A stretch of DNA of 64,000 nt from an uncultured Blastochloridaceae bacterium (GCA_964351865.1 CAYGPJ010000003.1:73553-137552), one strand, 5' to 3'. Shown: positions 37,548-46,704, numbered from the stretch's first letter. The notes: a model not told the origin generated them from the letters alone. Program-made: numbers and translations.

Positions 37548-37951
37548 TCTCTAAACTGGATGTGATTCTTCGAGTGATTCTTGGTGGGCTTTTTGTGTAT
37601 GCCGGAATCCTGAAAGCATGGCAGCCAGATCAATTTCTGCAGGATGTACTTTCGTATCAGATACTGCCGCATGGAATCGCAGTGGCCGTTGTCTGGTATT
37701 TACCTTACCTGGAAATGGTTTGCGGATGCTTACTATGGACTCGTCAGTTTAGAAATGAAGCCGCACTGGTGCTGCTGGGATTATTGGCGGTTTTTATCTC
37801 AGCCTTGAGCGCCGCGTGGTGGCGTGGTCTGGATATCAGTTGCGGATGTTTTGGTGGAGGCGGCGACGTGAATATTATCTGGCTTATCTTGCGTGACTTG
37901 ATGATGGCTGCGGGACTCTTGTGGGTGATGTGGCGCTCTAAATCATCGTGA
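37544..37951 (+). CDS. MauE/DoxX-family membrane protein
   Basis: Four TM segments and the ISCGCFGGGG motif typical of MauE-like proteins. ATGA overlap with the rhodanese gene. Confidence 0.7.
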   Translation: MISKLDVILRVILGGLFVYAGILKAWQPDQFLQDVLSYQILPHGIAVAVVWYLPYLEMVCGCLLWTRQFRNEAALVLLGLLAVFISALSAAWWRGLDISCGCFGGGGDVNIIWLILRDLMMAAGLLWVMWRSKSS

Positions 37952-38009
37952 ATATTCCATGCTTAATGTCTTAGCATCAAAATGATCAGATTAGAAATAG
38001 AACGGATAG

Positions 38010-38078
38010 TTAGGGCGAGATTGCATCTCGCCGTTTATTCTTCCGGCAAGATACAATCTTGCCCTACAGTCGCCCTAC
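38010..38078. repeat. BIME-like pair of inverted REP hairpins with GTAG-type heads
   Basis: TAGGGCGAGATTGCATCTCGCCG (38011-33) faces CGGCAAGATACAATCTTGCCCTAC (38044-67), whose reverse complement is GTAGGGCAAGATTGTATCTTGCCG. A third partial head GCCCTAC lies at 38072-78. Confidence 0.65.
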
Positions 38079-38210
38079 AAAAATGACCCAGCTTTGCCAA
38101 AATTGGCTCAGTCAATTTGATTTGTTATTACTCAAATGCTAAGGCCTGCGATTCCAAGCAGGATACAGAGTACCATGCTGTTTGGCGTGAATTATCATTC
38201 ACCAATCAGG

Positions 38211-38990
38211 CTATTCAACCAGGTGCTGTTGGATGTATTCGAAGCTCAAGCGCAGGGATTCAAACGGGTCGCCGGGGCACTGATCTTGTTCGACGATGAA
38301 CCACTCGCATCCGGATGCTTCTGCGGCGGCGATGATGCCTTTGAAATCCAGGTTTCCATATCCGATCTCGTGCATGATAGGCGTATTGCCCTCACGAATA
38401 CCGAGATCCTTCATGTGCAACAGCGGCAGACGTCCTGCCAGACGTTGACACCAGTCGATCGGGCTAGCGCCGCCCATCTGAACCCAGTAGGTGTCGATTT
38501 CACCCTGTAAGTTCTTGGGGTCCGTATCTGCGTAGATGCGGTCTAAGTGAGTGCGACCATCGAGCTTGCGGAATTCTAATGCGTGGTTGTGGTATGTGAG
38601 CACCATGCCTGCCTGTCGTAGGACTGAGCCGGCATGGTCGAGTGCGGCGATGAAGTTCTTAAGTTCTGCGGGGTCATCTATGTTGTAGCCGTTGGGATGG
38701 GGATAGGCGGTGTAGCGGGTGCCGAGTGTTTTAAGCGTTTCGACTACAGCTTCCGGAGTCTCTGTGATGCTGGCGGCGGGTTCGTGCGTGGCGCAAATGG
38801 TGAGACCGGCATCCGCACAGGCTGCGGCGACTTCCGCGTCATTCATTTGATCGCGGGGTGGGCGTGCGCTCACTTGCACGGCTTGATAGCCGATCGCGGC
38901 CAGTTTGTGCATGCTTTGCTGGAAGTGCTCTACGGTTTGACAATGGTCCCGGATGGTCCAGGTGATGGCGGCTACTTGTTCAATTTTCAT
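38211..38990 (-). CDS. xylose-isomerase-like TIM-barrel protein (sugar phosphate isomerase/epimerase family)
   Basis: LTYHNHALEF, LLHMKD and CEWFIVEQD blocks, 259 aa, no signal peptide. Confidence 0.8.
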   Translation of the reverse strand: MKIEQVAAITWTIRDHCQTVEHFQQSMHKLAAIGYQAVQVSARPPRDQMNDAEVAAACADAGLTICATHEPAASITETPEAVVETLKTLGTRYTAYPHPNGYNIDDPAELKNFIAALDHAGSVLRQAGMVLTYHNHALEFRKLDGRTHLDRIYADTDPKNLQGEIDTYWVQMGGASPIDWCQRLAGRLPLLHMKDLGIREGNTPIMHEIGYGNLDFKGIIAAAEASGCEWFIVEQDQCPGDPFESLRLSFEYIQQHLVE

Positions 38991-39023
38991 AATGATGAGC
39001 GTTTAAGTTGAGTATGGATCATT

Positions 39024-40181
39024 TCAATAAGTGCCGCTTAAGTCGGCGACACCTGAAGTGACGGTTGCTGATTTAACGTGGGTTGATGTGGCGATCTTTT
39101 CTTTAAGTGCCGCTTCATAAAGAGCGGCATCCAGCGGCAGCTCGACTGGAGTGTTTTCGAAGCCTGAGTAGAGCATTGCGTTGGCGAGTTCGACGGAGTG
39201 AATGCCTTCGGCTGCGGGAGCGATCAGTTCAGCACCGTTGAGAATCGCGTCGACGAAGTTTTTTAAGATACCGACATGTTGTTCGCCGACGCCGTCGATG
39301 GGTATGGTGACATCCCATGTAGGTGGCTTGGTAAAACCTTGCTGGCAGTTGGCCATGTGCTCTGGCACGGTTTCTTCCGTGCGGTAAAACTTGAAACTGC
39401 CATTTTCGATCACGACTTTACCGCGATCAGCCGCGACTTCGAGGCGATTGGTGCCAGGTGCTTCACCTGTGGTCGTGACGAAGACACCGGTAGCCCCATT
39501 GGGGAATTCGAGTAATGCGGTGACCGCATCTTCGACTTCAATATCGTGGAAACGACCAAATTGGCACAATGCGGTAATTTTTTGAGGCATGCCAAAAAGC
39601 CATTGCAGCAGATCCAGATTATGCGGGCACTGATTCAGCAGCACGCCGCCGCCTTCACCACCCCAGGTGGCACGCCAGTCCCCCGAGGCGTAGTAGTATT
39701 CGGTGCGATACCAATCGGTGATAATCCAGTTGATACGCTGGATTGCTCCCAGTTCACCATCAGTGATGAGTTGACGTAACTTGCTATAGCTGCGGTCGGT
39801 GCGTTGGTTGAACATGGCACTGAAAACCAGATCCTTATTGGTATGGGCATCAATCAAGCGCTGACAATCGGCTTTGTGTACGGAGATGGGTTTCTCAACC
39901 AGCAGGTGCAGGTTAGTTTCTAGCGCCTCAATACCTAAGGTGGTGTGACTGTAGTGAGGCGTTGCGACCAGGACAGCATCCACTTCGCCCGATTGCATCA
40001 GCTCGCTGGCATCGGTAAAACACTTGATGTCACTGAATTTTTTCAGGCGTTCTTCGACTAGATCTGCAACTGCAGTGAGGGTCAAGCCCGGCACTTTTCC
40101 CTCACGGACACTTTGCGCATGCATGGTGCCCATATTCCCTAACCCGATGATACCTAAGCGGACTGACTTTTCATTTTTCAT
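39024..40181 (-). CDS. Gfo/Idh/MocA-family oxidoreductase
   Basis: VRLGIIGLGNMG and LLVEKPI. I moved the start to ATG 40181 (MKNEKSV). Confidence 0.85.
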   Translation of the reverse strand: MKNEKSVRLGIIGLGNMGTMHAQSVREGKVPGLTLTAVADLVEERLKKFSDIKCFTDASELMQSGEVDAVLVATPHYSHTTLGIEALETNLHLLVEKPISVHKADCQRLIDAHTNKDLVFSAMFNQRTDRSYSKLRQLITDGELGAIQRINWIITDWYRTEYYYASGDWRATWGGEGGGVLLNQCPHNLDLLQWLFGMPQKITALCQFGRFHDIEVEDAVTALLEFPNGATGVFVTTTGEAPGTNRLEVAADRGKVVIENGSFKFYRTEETVPEHMANCQQGFTKPPTWDVTIPIDGVGEQHVGILKNFVDAILNGAELIAPAAEGIHSVELANAMLYSGFENTPVELPLDAALYEAALKEKIATSTHVKSATVTSGVADLSGTY

Positions 40182-40258
40182 GCGACAACGATAGCAAAAT
40201 GAGGAGCAATGGTGCAATGGACAGATGAGTGAATGTATGCACTATTGTAACATAATCT

Positions 40259-41071
40259 ATGAGTGACCTGACTTTCCCATTTGTAGCGATACGAAGTTTG
40301 CGCGATCCGATCATCTACGTGAATGAAACTCCATGGCGTTGGGATTCACCGAGTCGCAGGCATTATAATCTGTGGATTTGTTTGGAGGGAGAGGCTGAAA
40401 TGACGTGTGGAGGAGTGACCTATCCCGTCTCTCCATGGACCGCGTTCCTGCTGCCACCGGACGTTTCGGTATCCGGGCGATCATTGAAAGGCACGGTGCA
40501 TAATTTTACGGCCCATTGGCTGCTCAGGAAAACAGATTCAGCCATGCCTGATTTGGGATTATTGAGTGTGCAGATTCGAGAGGTAGACCTAGCGATGTCT
40601 TTGATTCAGTATATGCTACGGATTCCGCTCTTTGTTGATACTCATGCGTCACGGCAGGTAGAGCATTTGATTCTCACCCTGTTGGGAATCATGTGGCGGG
40701 AGCATTTGTCACCTAAAATAGGCCCCTTTGATCGAGTCATTAATAGTCAGGTTGAGCGACTTCGTTCAGGTCAGGATTTGTTTGTATCGGTGGATAAACT
40801 CGCTGCGGAGGCGAAGTTATCGCGGATGCACTATACTCGTTGTTTTACTGAGTTAATGGCTATTTCACCTAACCGTTTTTTAATCAAGCAGCGGGTGCAG
40901 CGTGCCTGCGGGTTGTTGCGTGATACGGATTGGACGATTGATACGATCGCCTCGGTCATTGGATATGCCGATGCGTATTTCTTCAGTCGCCAATTTAAGC
41001 GAGTGACAGGGCAAACCCCGGGGCAATATCGCTTAGCTAAAAGCGTGGTATCGACTGAAAGGTGGCAATAA
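40259..41071 (+). CDS. AraC-family transcriptional regulator
   Basis: C-terminal double HTH with IGYADAYFFSRQFKRVTGQTPGQYR. It is divergent from the 39024-40181 operon. Confidence 0.85.
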   Translation: MSDLTFPFVAIRSLRDPIIYVNETPWRWDSPSRRHYNLWICLEGEAEMTCGGVTYPVSPWTAFLLPPDVSVSGRSLKGTVHNFTAHWLLRKTDSAMPDLGLLSVQIREVDLAMSLIQYMLRIPLFVDTHASRQVEHLILTLLGIMWREHLSPKIGPFDRVINSQVERLRSGQDLFVSVDKLAAEAKLSRMHYTRCFTELMAISPNRFLIKQRVQRACGLLRDTDWTIDTIASVIGYADAYFFSRQFKRVTGQTPGQYRLAKSVVSTERWQ

Positions 41072-41119
41072 ATTACCGTCCTGTTCAAGGCTTAGCGTGA
41101 GCGGTGTGGTGTTATCAAA

Positions 41120-41938
41120 TTAGACAAATTGAGTTTTGAGCCAATCGAGCAAGGCTTGACCATAGGGGTGATTGGCACCAAGGCCAATGCCATGCTCCAC
41201 TTTTTCATAAAGATGCATTCTGGTCGGGACGTGGTTTTGAGTTAAAGCCCGGTAAAGCAGGAGCGCGTTCTCAGGTGGAACCGCGCCATCCGCTTGTCCG
41301 TGGAAGATGAAGCAGGGCGGAGTTTTTTCAGTGACGGCATTCTCGATCGACAACTGCTGAGCTAAGGCTTCATCGTGCGCGGGGCCGAGTAAATTATTCC
41401 GCGATCCTAAATGTGCACACGCATTGACGAAGCTGACGACCGCATAAATCATGATGAAAAAATCCGGACATGGCGAGACGGCATCCAGCGGATCACCGAT
41501 TAAACCTTCAGCGTGTGACGGTTGGGTAGCCAGCATGCCTGTCAGATGTCCGCCGGCAGAAAATCCCATGGCTCCGACTTGAGAAGGGTTGAGGCCGTCT
41601 GTTTCAGTGGCTTTTTGGCGCAGCAGGCGCAACGCACGTTGGGCGTCCAGCAGGGGAACCGGATAGCGTTGCGGGTTGTGTCGATATTCCAGCACCGCCG
41701 CTGCGATTCCGTGGCTGGCGAGCATCTGGGCAGGTCGATGGCCTTCTTTGGGAGTGGATACCATTTCGTATCCACCACCCGGGAGAATCAGCACCGTCTG
41801 ACCGGTGCGAAATTCATCACTGGGCAGGTAGTAAGTCAGACGTGGTAAGCTGCCCTCATCGGGGATGGCGTGAGGTTTTTTCCCTTCAGGCCAGAGGGGA
41901 AGCACTGTGGGTAGATTAATAGATTCGGCGGTGTTCAT
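41120..41938 (-). CDS. alpha/beta hydrolase (esterase/lipase-like)
   Basis: Nucleophile elbow GFSAGGH, plus IFHGQADGAVP and a late His (VEHGIG). Confidence 0.8.
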   Translation of the reverse strand: MNTAESINLPTVLPLWPEGKKPHAIPDEGSLPRLTYYLPSDEFRTGQTVLILPGGGYEMVSTPKEGHRPAQMLASHGIAAAVLEYRHNPQRYPVPLLDAQRALRLLRQKATETDGLNPSQVGAMGFSAGGHLTGMLATQPSHAEGLIGDPLDAVSPCPDFFIMIYAVVSFVNACAHLGSRNNLLGPAHDEALAQQLSIENAVTEKTPPCFIFHGQADGAVPPENALLLYRALTQNHVPTRMHLYEKVEHGIGLGANHPYGQALLDWLKTQFV

Positions 41939-42066
41939 CGGCTTGATGGTTATATCAAATATAGGGTGGAGTGTAACGGTTACTTACCTCATACATGGCG
42001 GATTAAACATCTAGTCAAGCTCGGTGGGTCCGCGATTTCATACCCAGCCACTGAAGGTCATGGTGC

Positions 42067-43188
42067 TTACAAGACCAAACGTCCTTCAATGAGTCCCAGC
42101 GGCAGCGGCGCGGGTTGATCCGGTTTTGATATGATTGACTCACGTTTACCGGAGTTGGAGGATTTTTCGAAAGCATGCATCACCTCAAGAGCATGGTAAG
42201 CCAGTGCTCCACTGGTGCGATGCTGGTGAGTTCCCCCGCTGAGAATGGCGTAGGCCATGTCGGCGGCACCGATGCTGCGCATATTTTTTGAATAGGGATG
42301 GCTGCAGGCTTGCTCCTGCCATTCGTCGCCACCAGAGCCGGAAGTCCAGAGTTTGACGGGACCGCCAAAGGTATTGGGATCAGGGACCTGCAGTGAACCT
42401 TCGGTGCCATAAAGTTCGATTGGATGATGCGCGTGCTTATGAACATCAAAGGAGATCGTTACATTAATGACGGCACCGGAATGGAAGACGAGACTGCCGG
42501 TGTAGTGGGTAGGAACTTCGACCGGTAGTTTCTTACCGAACTGTTCTTTGCAGGTGGCGGTACGTTCCGTGAAGGCGCGGATGGTAATGGCAGAAACTTC
42601 TTTGATCGGGCCTAATAAATGAACCAAGGCCGTGATGTAATAAGGTCCCATATCAAACATAGGGCCCGCACCCACCTGATAAAAGAAAGAAGGATTCGGG
42701 TGCCAGCTTTCGGGCCCGTGTGACATCATAAAGGCCGTACCTCCAATCACGTTTCCAATCCAGTTGTCATCAATCAGTTTGCGGCAGGTTTGCAGTCCGG
42801 CTCCCATGAAGGTGTCGGGCGCACATCCTACCAATAGATTTTTTTCCTGTGCCAGATCGAGAACCGCCTTGCCATCTGCGAGGTGAACTGCGAGCGGTTT
42901 CTCACAATGCACATGTTTACCGGCCCGCAACGCATTCATGCTGACCTCAGCGTGTACGGCGGGGAGGGTCAGGTTGATAACCAGATCAACATTCGGATTG
43001 GTAAGGAGTTCCTCAACGGTTTGTGCCTGACAGCCATTTTCTTCGGCTTTGGCTTTGGCGGTATCCATGTTGATGTCTGCACAGGATACGATTTCCATCA
43101 CCTCAAAGGTAGTGGCTCCATTGAAATAGGCTTGAGAGATATTACCGCATCCGATGATGCCAATGCCGATTTTATTTTTCTTACTCAT
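42067..43188 (-). CDS. Gfo/Idh/MocA-family oxidoreductase
   Basis: IGIGIIGCGNIS and VHCEKPL. Confidence 0.85.
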   Translation of the reverse strand: MSKKNKIGIGIIGCGNISQAYFNGATTFEVMEIVSCADINMDTAKAKAEENGCQAQTVEELLTNPNVDLVINLTLPAVHAEVSMNALRAGKHVHCEKPLAVHLADGKAVLDLAQEKNLLVGCAPDTFMGAGLQTCRKLIDDNWIGNVIGGTAFMMSHGPESWHPNPSFFYQVGAGPMFDMGPYYITALVHLLGPIKEVSAITIRAFTERTATCKEQFGKKLPVEVPTHYTGSLVFHSGAVINVTISFDVHKHAHHPIELYGTEGSLQVPDPNTFGGPVKLWTSGSGGDEWQEQACSHPYSKNMRSIGAADMAYAILSGGTHQHRTSGALAYHALEVMHAFEKSSNSGKRESIISKPDQPAPLPLGLIEGRLVL

Positions 43189-43222
43189 AAGGTTTTAATG
43201 TAAAAAGGTGAGTGGTTAGTCG

Positions 43223-44038
43223 TTATTGGGTGCCTTGAGCAATGCCTTGGCTGGTGAGGTAGGTGTAGCTCTCCTGAATGGCCTGCAGCATGTCGCCAGT
43301 GTAAGTATCGAGTTCAACCGCGATGTATTCTGCATGTGTGGCAGCCGCTGAGGCCGCCACGAGATCAACCTGACCGGTTCCCGCCGGCAGGAACGGGGAG
43401 GTGTCACTCACCATAATTTTTCCGTCCTCAGTTTCAGCTTCGGTGAAAGCGCCAGTGGAATTGAGCACGCCATCTTTGAAATGAAGCGCTTTCCCGCGTG
43501 GTCCAATTTCTTGCAGGAAATCGACAGGATTACGTCCGGCTTTGGCGACCCAGAAAACGTCGGCTTCCCACAAGACGGTCTCGGGAGTGTTCTCAAGAAA
43601 AAGCTGATAACCGGGAACTCCATCAACATCGGCTAAATCCCAGTCGTGGTTGTGGTATCCGATTTGCAGTCCGTGCTTGGCCGCATTTTCTGCGGCTTGG
43701 CAGTAAAGTTCCGCTGTGGCCAAAATAGTATCGCGGGAAGCAAAGCTGGCCTGAAATTCTGGTGGGCAGCCGGTAATCAGGTAACGATGTCCACAGGTTA
43801 AAGCCGTTTCAATCATCTCGTTTGCTTGATCACCCAGCGGCAGTGAGCAGTGGCAGGTGGGCGCTTTCAGGCCGAGCTCTGCAAACAGTTTTGCCGCCTG
43901 ATCGGGGCTGCTGCCGGGGAATCCGGCGGGTTCGACACAGCCGAATCCCATGGCGGCTATCTTGCGGATCGTTCCCTCGTAGTCGGCTTTGGCTTGTTCT
44001 CTGACGCTGTATAATTGGACCGTAATCTCTGGAGTCAT
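43223..44038 (-). CDS. xylose-isomerase-like TIM-barrel protein (sugar phosphate isomerase/epimerase family)
   Basis: IGYHNHDWDL, ALHFKD and AEYIAVELD blocks. Confidence 0.8.
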   Translation of the reverse strand: MTPEITVQLYSVREQAKADYEGTIRKIAAMGFGCVEPAGFPGSSPDQAAKLFAELGLKAPTCHCSLPLGDQANEMIETALTCGHRYLITGCPPEFQASFASRDTILATAELYCQAAENAAKHGLQIGYHNHDWDLADVDGVPGYQLFLENTPETVLWEADVFWVAKAGRNPVDFLQEIGPRGKALHFKDGVLNSTGAFTEAETEDGKIMVSDTSPFLPAGTGQVDLVAASAAATHAEYIAVELDTYTGDMLQAIQESYTYLTSQGIAQGTQ

Positions 44039-44115
44039 AATTTTTCGAATATTGATTAAAACAATGGGTTATTTAATAAAGATACGATGCTATACAACCA
44101 AGCGATATCCTGCAA

Positions 44116-44931
44116 TTGACAATAACCATGATTTATAGTGAAAAACATAATGAGCAAGTAATGCAAGACGTCTTAGAAGCTATCGGTTTTTACAGGAGTG
44201 AAGCGGGTGGGGCTGATTCGCCGGTGAGCATTCAAAGTCATCGAATTTACTTTGAATTAATCACCGAAGGCGCGGTCTACGCGCCCGGAGAAAATGTGCT
44301 CAGAGGGGTAGGCACTATTTTTGTGCATCGTGCGGGACAGGAGACCGTTGCTCGGACTGAGGGCGGAGGGAAATACGCCTGCGTGACGGCAAGGTATAAG
44401 CTGAGTAGCAATCATTCCAAGGTAGAGTGGCCGCGCTGGGTTTTATGGGAAGATGTGAAGGAATTTTCCCGTTTCACCGAAGATGTGCTGCATGCTTACC
44501 ACCGCAGTGAGAGGGATCGTCAAATAATTGGTGACTACGTCTGGAGTCAGTTGCGCTATCGTTTAAATCAATATCAGCACCAACCACACCGATCTGGAAT
44601 TCCTCCACGCTTAGCGCATGTGCTGACTTATATTGAACGGCACTATCATGAACCGATAGACACCGATGTGCTGGCGGCGCAAGTTGAGCTAAGTGGTTCC
44701 CATTTGCATACGGAATTTCTGAAACACCTCAGAGTTACTCCCTATCAGCATGTGATCCGGCAGCGCATGCATGCGGCCCGCCACCGTCTGGCGACCACAA
44801 ACGACCCGGTCAAACAAGTGGCGGTGGAGGTGGGATATGCCAATACCGAAAATTTCTGCCGTGCGTTTAAAAAATTGACTGGAATGACAGCCGCCGGCTA
44901 CCGCCAAAAATATCGGGTCTATGAGAACTAA
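44116..44931 (+). CDS. AraC-family transcriptional regulator
   Basis: C-terminal HTH VGYANTENFCRAFKKLTGMTAAGYRQ. It is divergent from the 42067-44038 operon. Confidence 0.85.
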   Translation: MTITMIYSEKHNEQVMQDVLEAIGFYRSEAGGADSPVSIQSHRIYFELITEGAVYAPGENVLRGVGTIFVHRAGQETVARTEGGGKYACVTARYKLSSNHSKVEWPRWVLWEDVKEFSRFTEDVLHAYHRSERDRQIIGDYVWSQLRYRLNQYQHQPHRSGIPPRLAHVLTYIERHYHEPIDTDVLAAQVELSGSHLHTEFLKHLRVTPYQHVIRQRMHAARHRLATTNDPVKQVAVEVGYANTENFCRAFKKLTGMTAAGYRQKYRVYEN

Positions 44932-44945
44932 CCCCGACCAACTGG

Positions 44946-45239
44946 CTCAAGGCGAACGGTGTTCACATTTCTTCAGGGAATGACTTGGTGTCGGGTTCAG
45001 AGGAAATGGCGGTTGCGAAATGAATGTCCGGATCCGGATTTGAAATAGGTCTCAAAAGCGAGTGCCTTCGATTTCGAGGGGAAAGCCGAATATCACGCCA
45101 GTTTCCACGGACGGTAAGGTGAAGTTGTTGGTTCAGAACCAGAGTTATGCGACTGTACTCTGGCCTTCAAACCCCGACGGTAGCCTACGTAATATTGGGT
45201 AGGTTTTTTCTCAGACTGCAAAATGTAAACATACTGCAT
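44946..45239 (-). pseudogene. GIY-YIG nuclease-family gene interrupted by an in-frame TGA (codon 49, 45093-45095)
   Basis: Not in the ORF track because both halves are under 60 aa. My translation is MQYVYILQSEKKPTQYYVGYRRGLKARVQSHNSGSEPTTSPYRPWKLA*YSAFPSKSKALAFETYFKSGSGHSFRNRHFL.... It is colinear with the intact paralog at 47204-47446 on both sides of the stop. Confidence 0.7.
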
Positions 45240-45483
45240 GGGTTGTTTGTAACTGACACCCCTCCTTTGGTCTATAGACAGAATACAGCATTGAGTAACG
45301 CGAGGGTTCTAGAACGGGCCGTGCCTTCCATAGCTTTAGCAAAGGAGGGAGCGGACCGACATATACCTTTATACAGAGCGCTTGTCTTGATTTGCAGCGT
45401 CTTTGCAACTTTTTCAATATCATCAAACGTCCTCCAATGTGAGTAGTTTTGTTGGTATTATTGAAGTTTTTATCACGTTAGTT

Positions 45484-46704
45484 TCATTTAATTCGCTTTT
45501 GTATCTGGAAGTGCCTCTCTCGCACTTCATCAATAATGCCTTGAGGGATATTTTCTTGAGTAGCTAAATCGGGCCAATGATTGAGGGCCTGTTCAGCCTT
45601 TTTGAAGATCTCCATAAATTCCTCATTGGGAATACCAACTTGTTCAGATAGAGATTTCATGACTTGTATCGGCGGCCAGACTTCACCCGCAATAGAAGTG
45701 CCTCTTTCGAGGTATCCCTCTCCGTAGGTCATATCATAAGCAGGGGTTAAAGACCACGATTTATGAGCTTCATCATACGCAAAAGAATGGTTCTTTCCAT
45801 GATCGTCATGATTGGACGAAAGAACATTAAAGACCATTCTTCGAGTTAACTCACGAAGCTCTTCCGGATCGCATCCCAGTTTGATAATGATGCGGAAAAG
45901 ATCACTGTAATCCATGCCTGCAGGGTCCTTATGTAACATGCCGCTGGACGTATGGAAATGGAGCCGCCTCTCAGGTGTCTTGGGGTCTGGTACATCAAAG
46001 CGTTTCACCAGTAAGTGACTGCGACCAACAGAACTGTCTTCAGAAATAAGTTTCGTCGAGACAGAGCGGATACCAGCAATTTCTGCCATTTTGGCATAAA
46101 CGTGTTCTTCGGCAGCTTTGCTGTTATTGGGAGATTGGTCAAATTTAAGGATGCTAGGCTCACCTTTACCGTCAGGAGAACCGACTTTCAATGTCCCGTC
46201 AGGATAGTGGAGGATCAGGATTTTAGGAAAGGCCCCCCCGGGTGTTCCTCCTCCTTTAGCCAATTGAGGGATCACCTCTTCTGCTTCACCACGCTCAATT
46301 TCTGCAGCATTCTTCGCTAGAGCGGCAGCGCCGATTTCCTCTAGTTTTTTAGAGTTAGAATCATCTAGTAATGCAGGAAAACACTGCAAGGCACCTAGGC
46401 CTCCGGATCCACGCCATGCCAGTAGCGGCATAGCAGTAGGCTTCCCCCATTTATTTTTAGCGAATTCCCTGCGCGCGATTTTTTGACCCCATGCATCCGG
46501 CAGGCAGTCTGTGATCAGCCCCGGAAGTTCATCAATGCCTTTGCTGCCATGATACGCCTCTGGTGTAAATGGGAGGCTGATCGGAGATAGGTTATGCCCT
46601 TTCCGTAACCAGTCTTCGTCATAGACAAAATAGATAGGTCCGCGCTGGATTAGGTGCCCGACTACTGATCCATCCCACCAATGGACCTCCAACTTTTTGT
46701 CCAT
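45484..46704 (-). CDS. hipA: HipA-family serine/threonine kinase toxin
   Basis: N-terminal coupling domain (LEVHWWDGSVVGHL...LPGLITDCLPDAWG) and kinase core with SSNHDDHGKNHSF, 406 aa. Confidence 0.9.
   Translation of the reverse strand: MDKKLEVHWWDGSVVGHLIQRGPIYFVYDEDWLRKGHNLSPISLPFTPEAYHGSKGIDELPGLITDCLPDAWGQKIARREFAKNKWGKPTAMPLLAWRGSGGLGALQCFPALLDDSNSKKLEEIGAAALAKNAAEIERGEAEEVIPQLAKGGGTPGGAFPKILILHYPDGTLKVGSPDGKGEPSILKFDQSPNNSKAAEEHVYAKMAEIAGIRSVSTKLISEDSSVGRSHLLVKRFDVPDPKTPERRLHFHTSSGMLHKDPAGMDYSDLFRIIIKLGCDPEELRELTRRMVFNVLSSNHDDHGKNHSFAYDEAHKSWSLTPAYDMTYGEGYLERGTSIAGEVWPPIQVMKSLSEQVGIPNEEFMEIFKKAEQALNHWPDLATQENIPQGIIDEVRERHFQIQKRIK

Noticed and set aside
45093-45095. In-frame TGA of the GIY-YIG gene as selenocysteine or genome-wide TGA recoding
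   Set aside because: TGA is used as an ordinary stop by many well-supported genes in the window, including several ATGA overlaps. The aligned residue in the paralog is not Cys, and I see no obvious SECIS-like hairpin immediately downstream. A nonsense mutation is more parsimonious.
45211-45426. 71-aa minus-strand ORF between hipA and the broken GIY-YIG gene
   Set aside because: It overlaps the GIY-YIG start in another frame. Its sequence is basic and low in complexity with no recognisable domain. I kept it only as context for the possible HTH remnant in a different frame.
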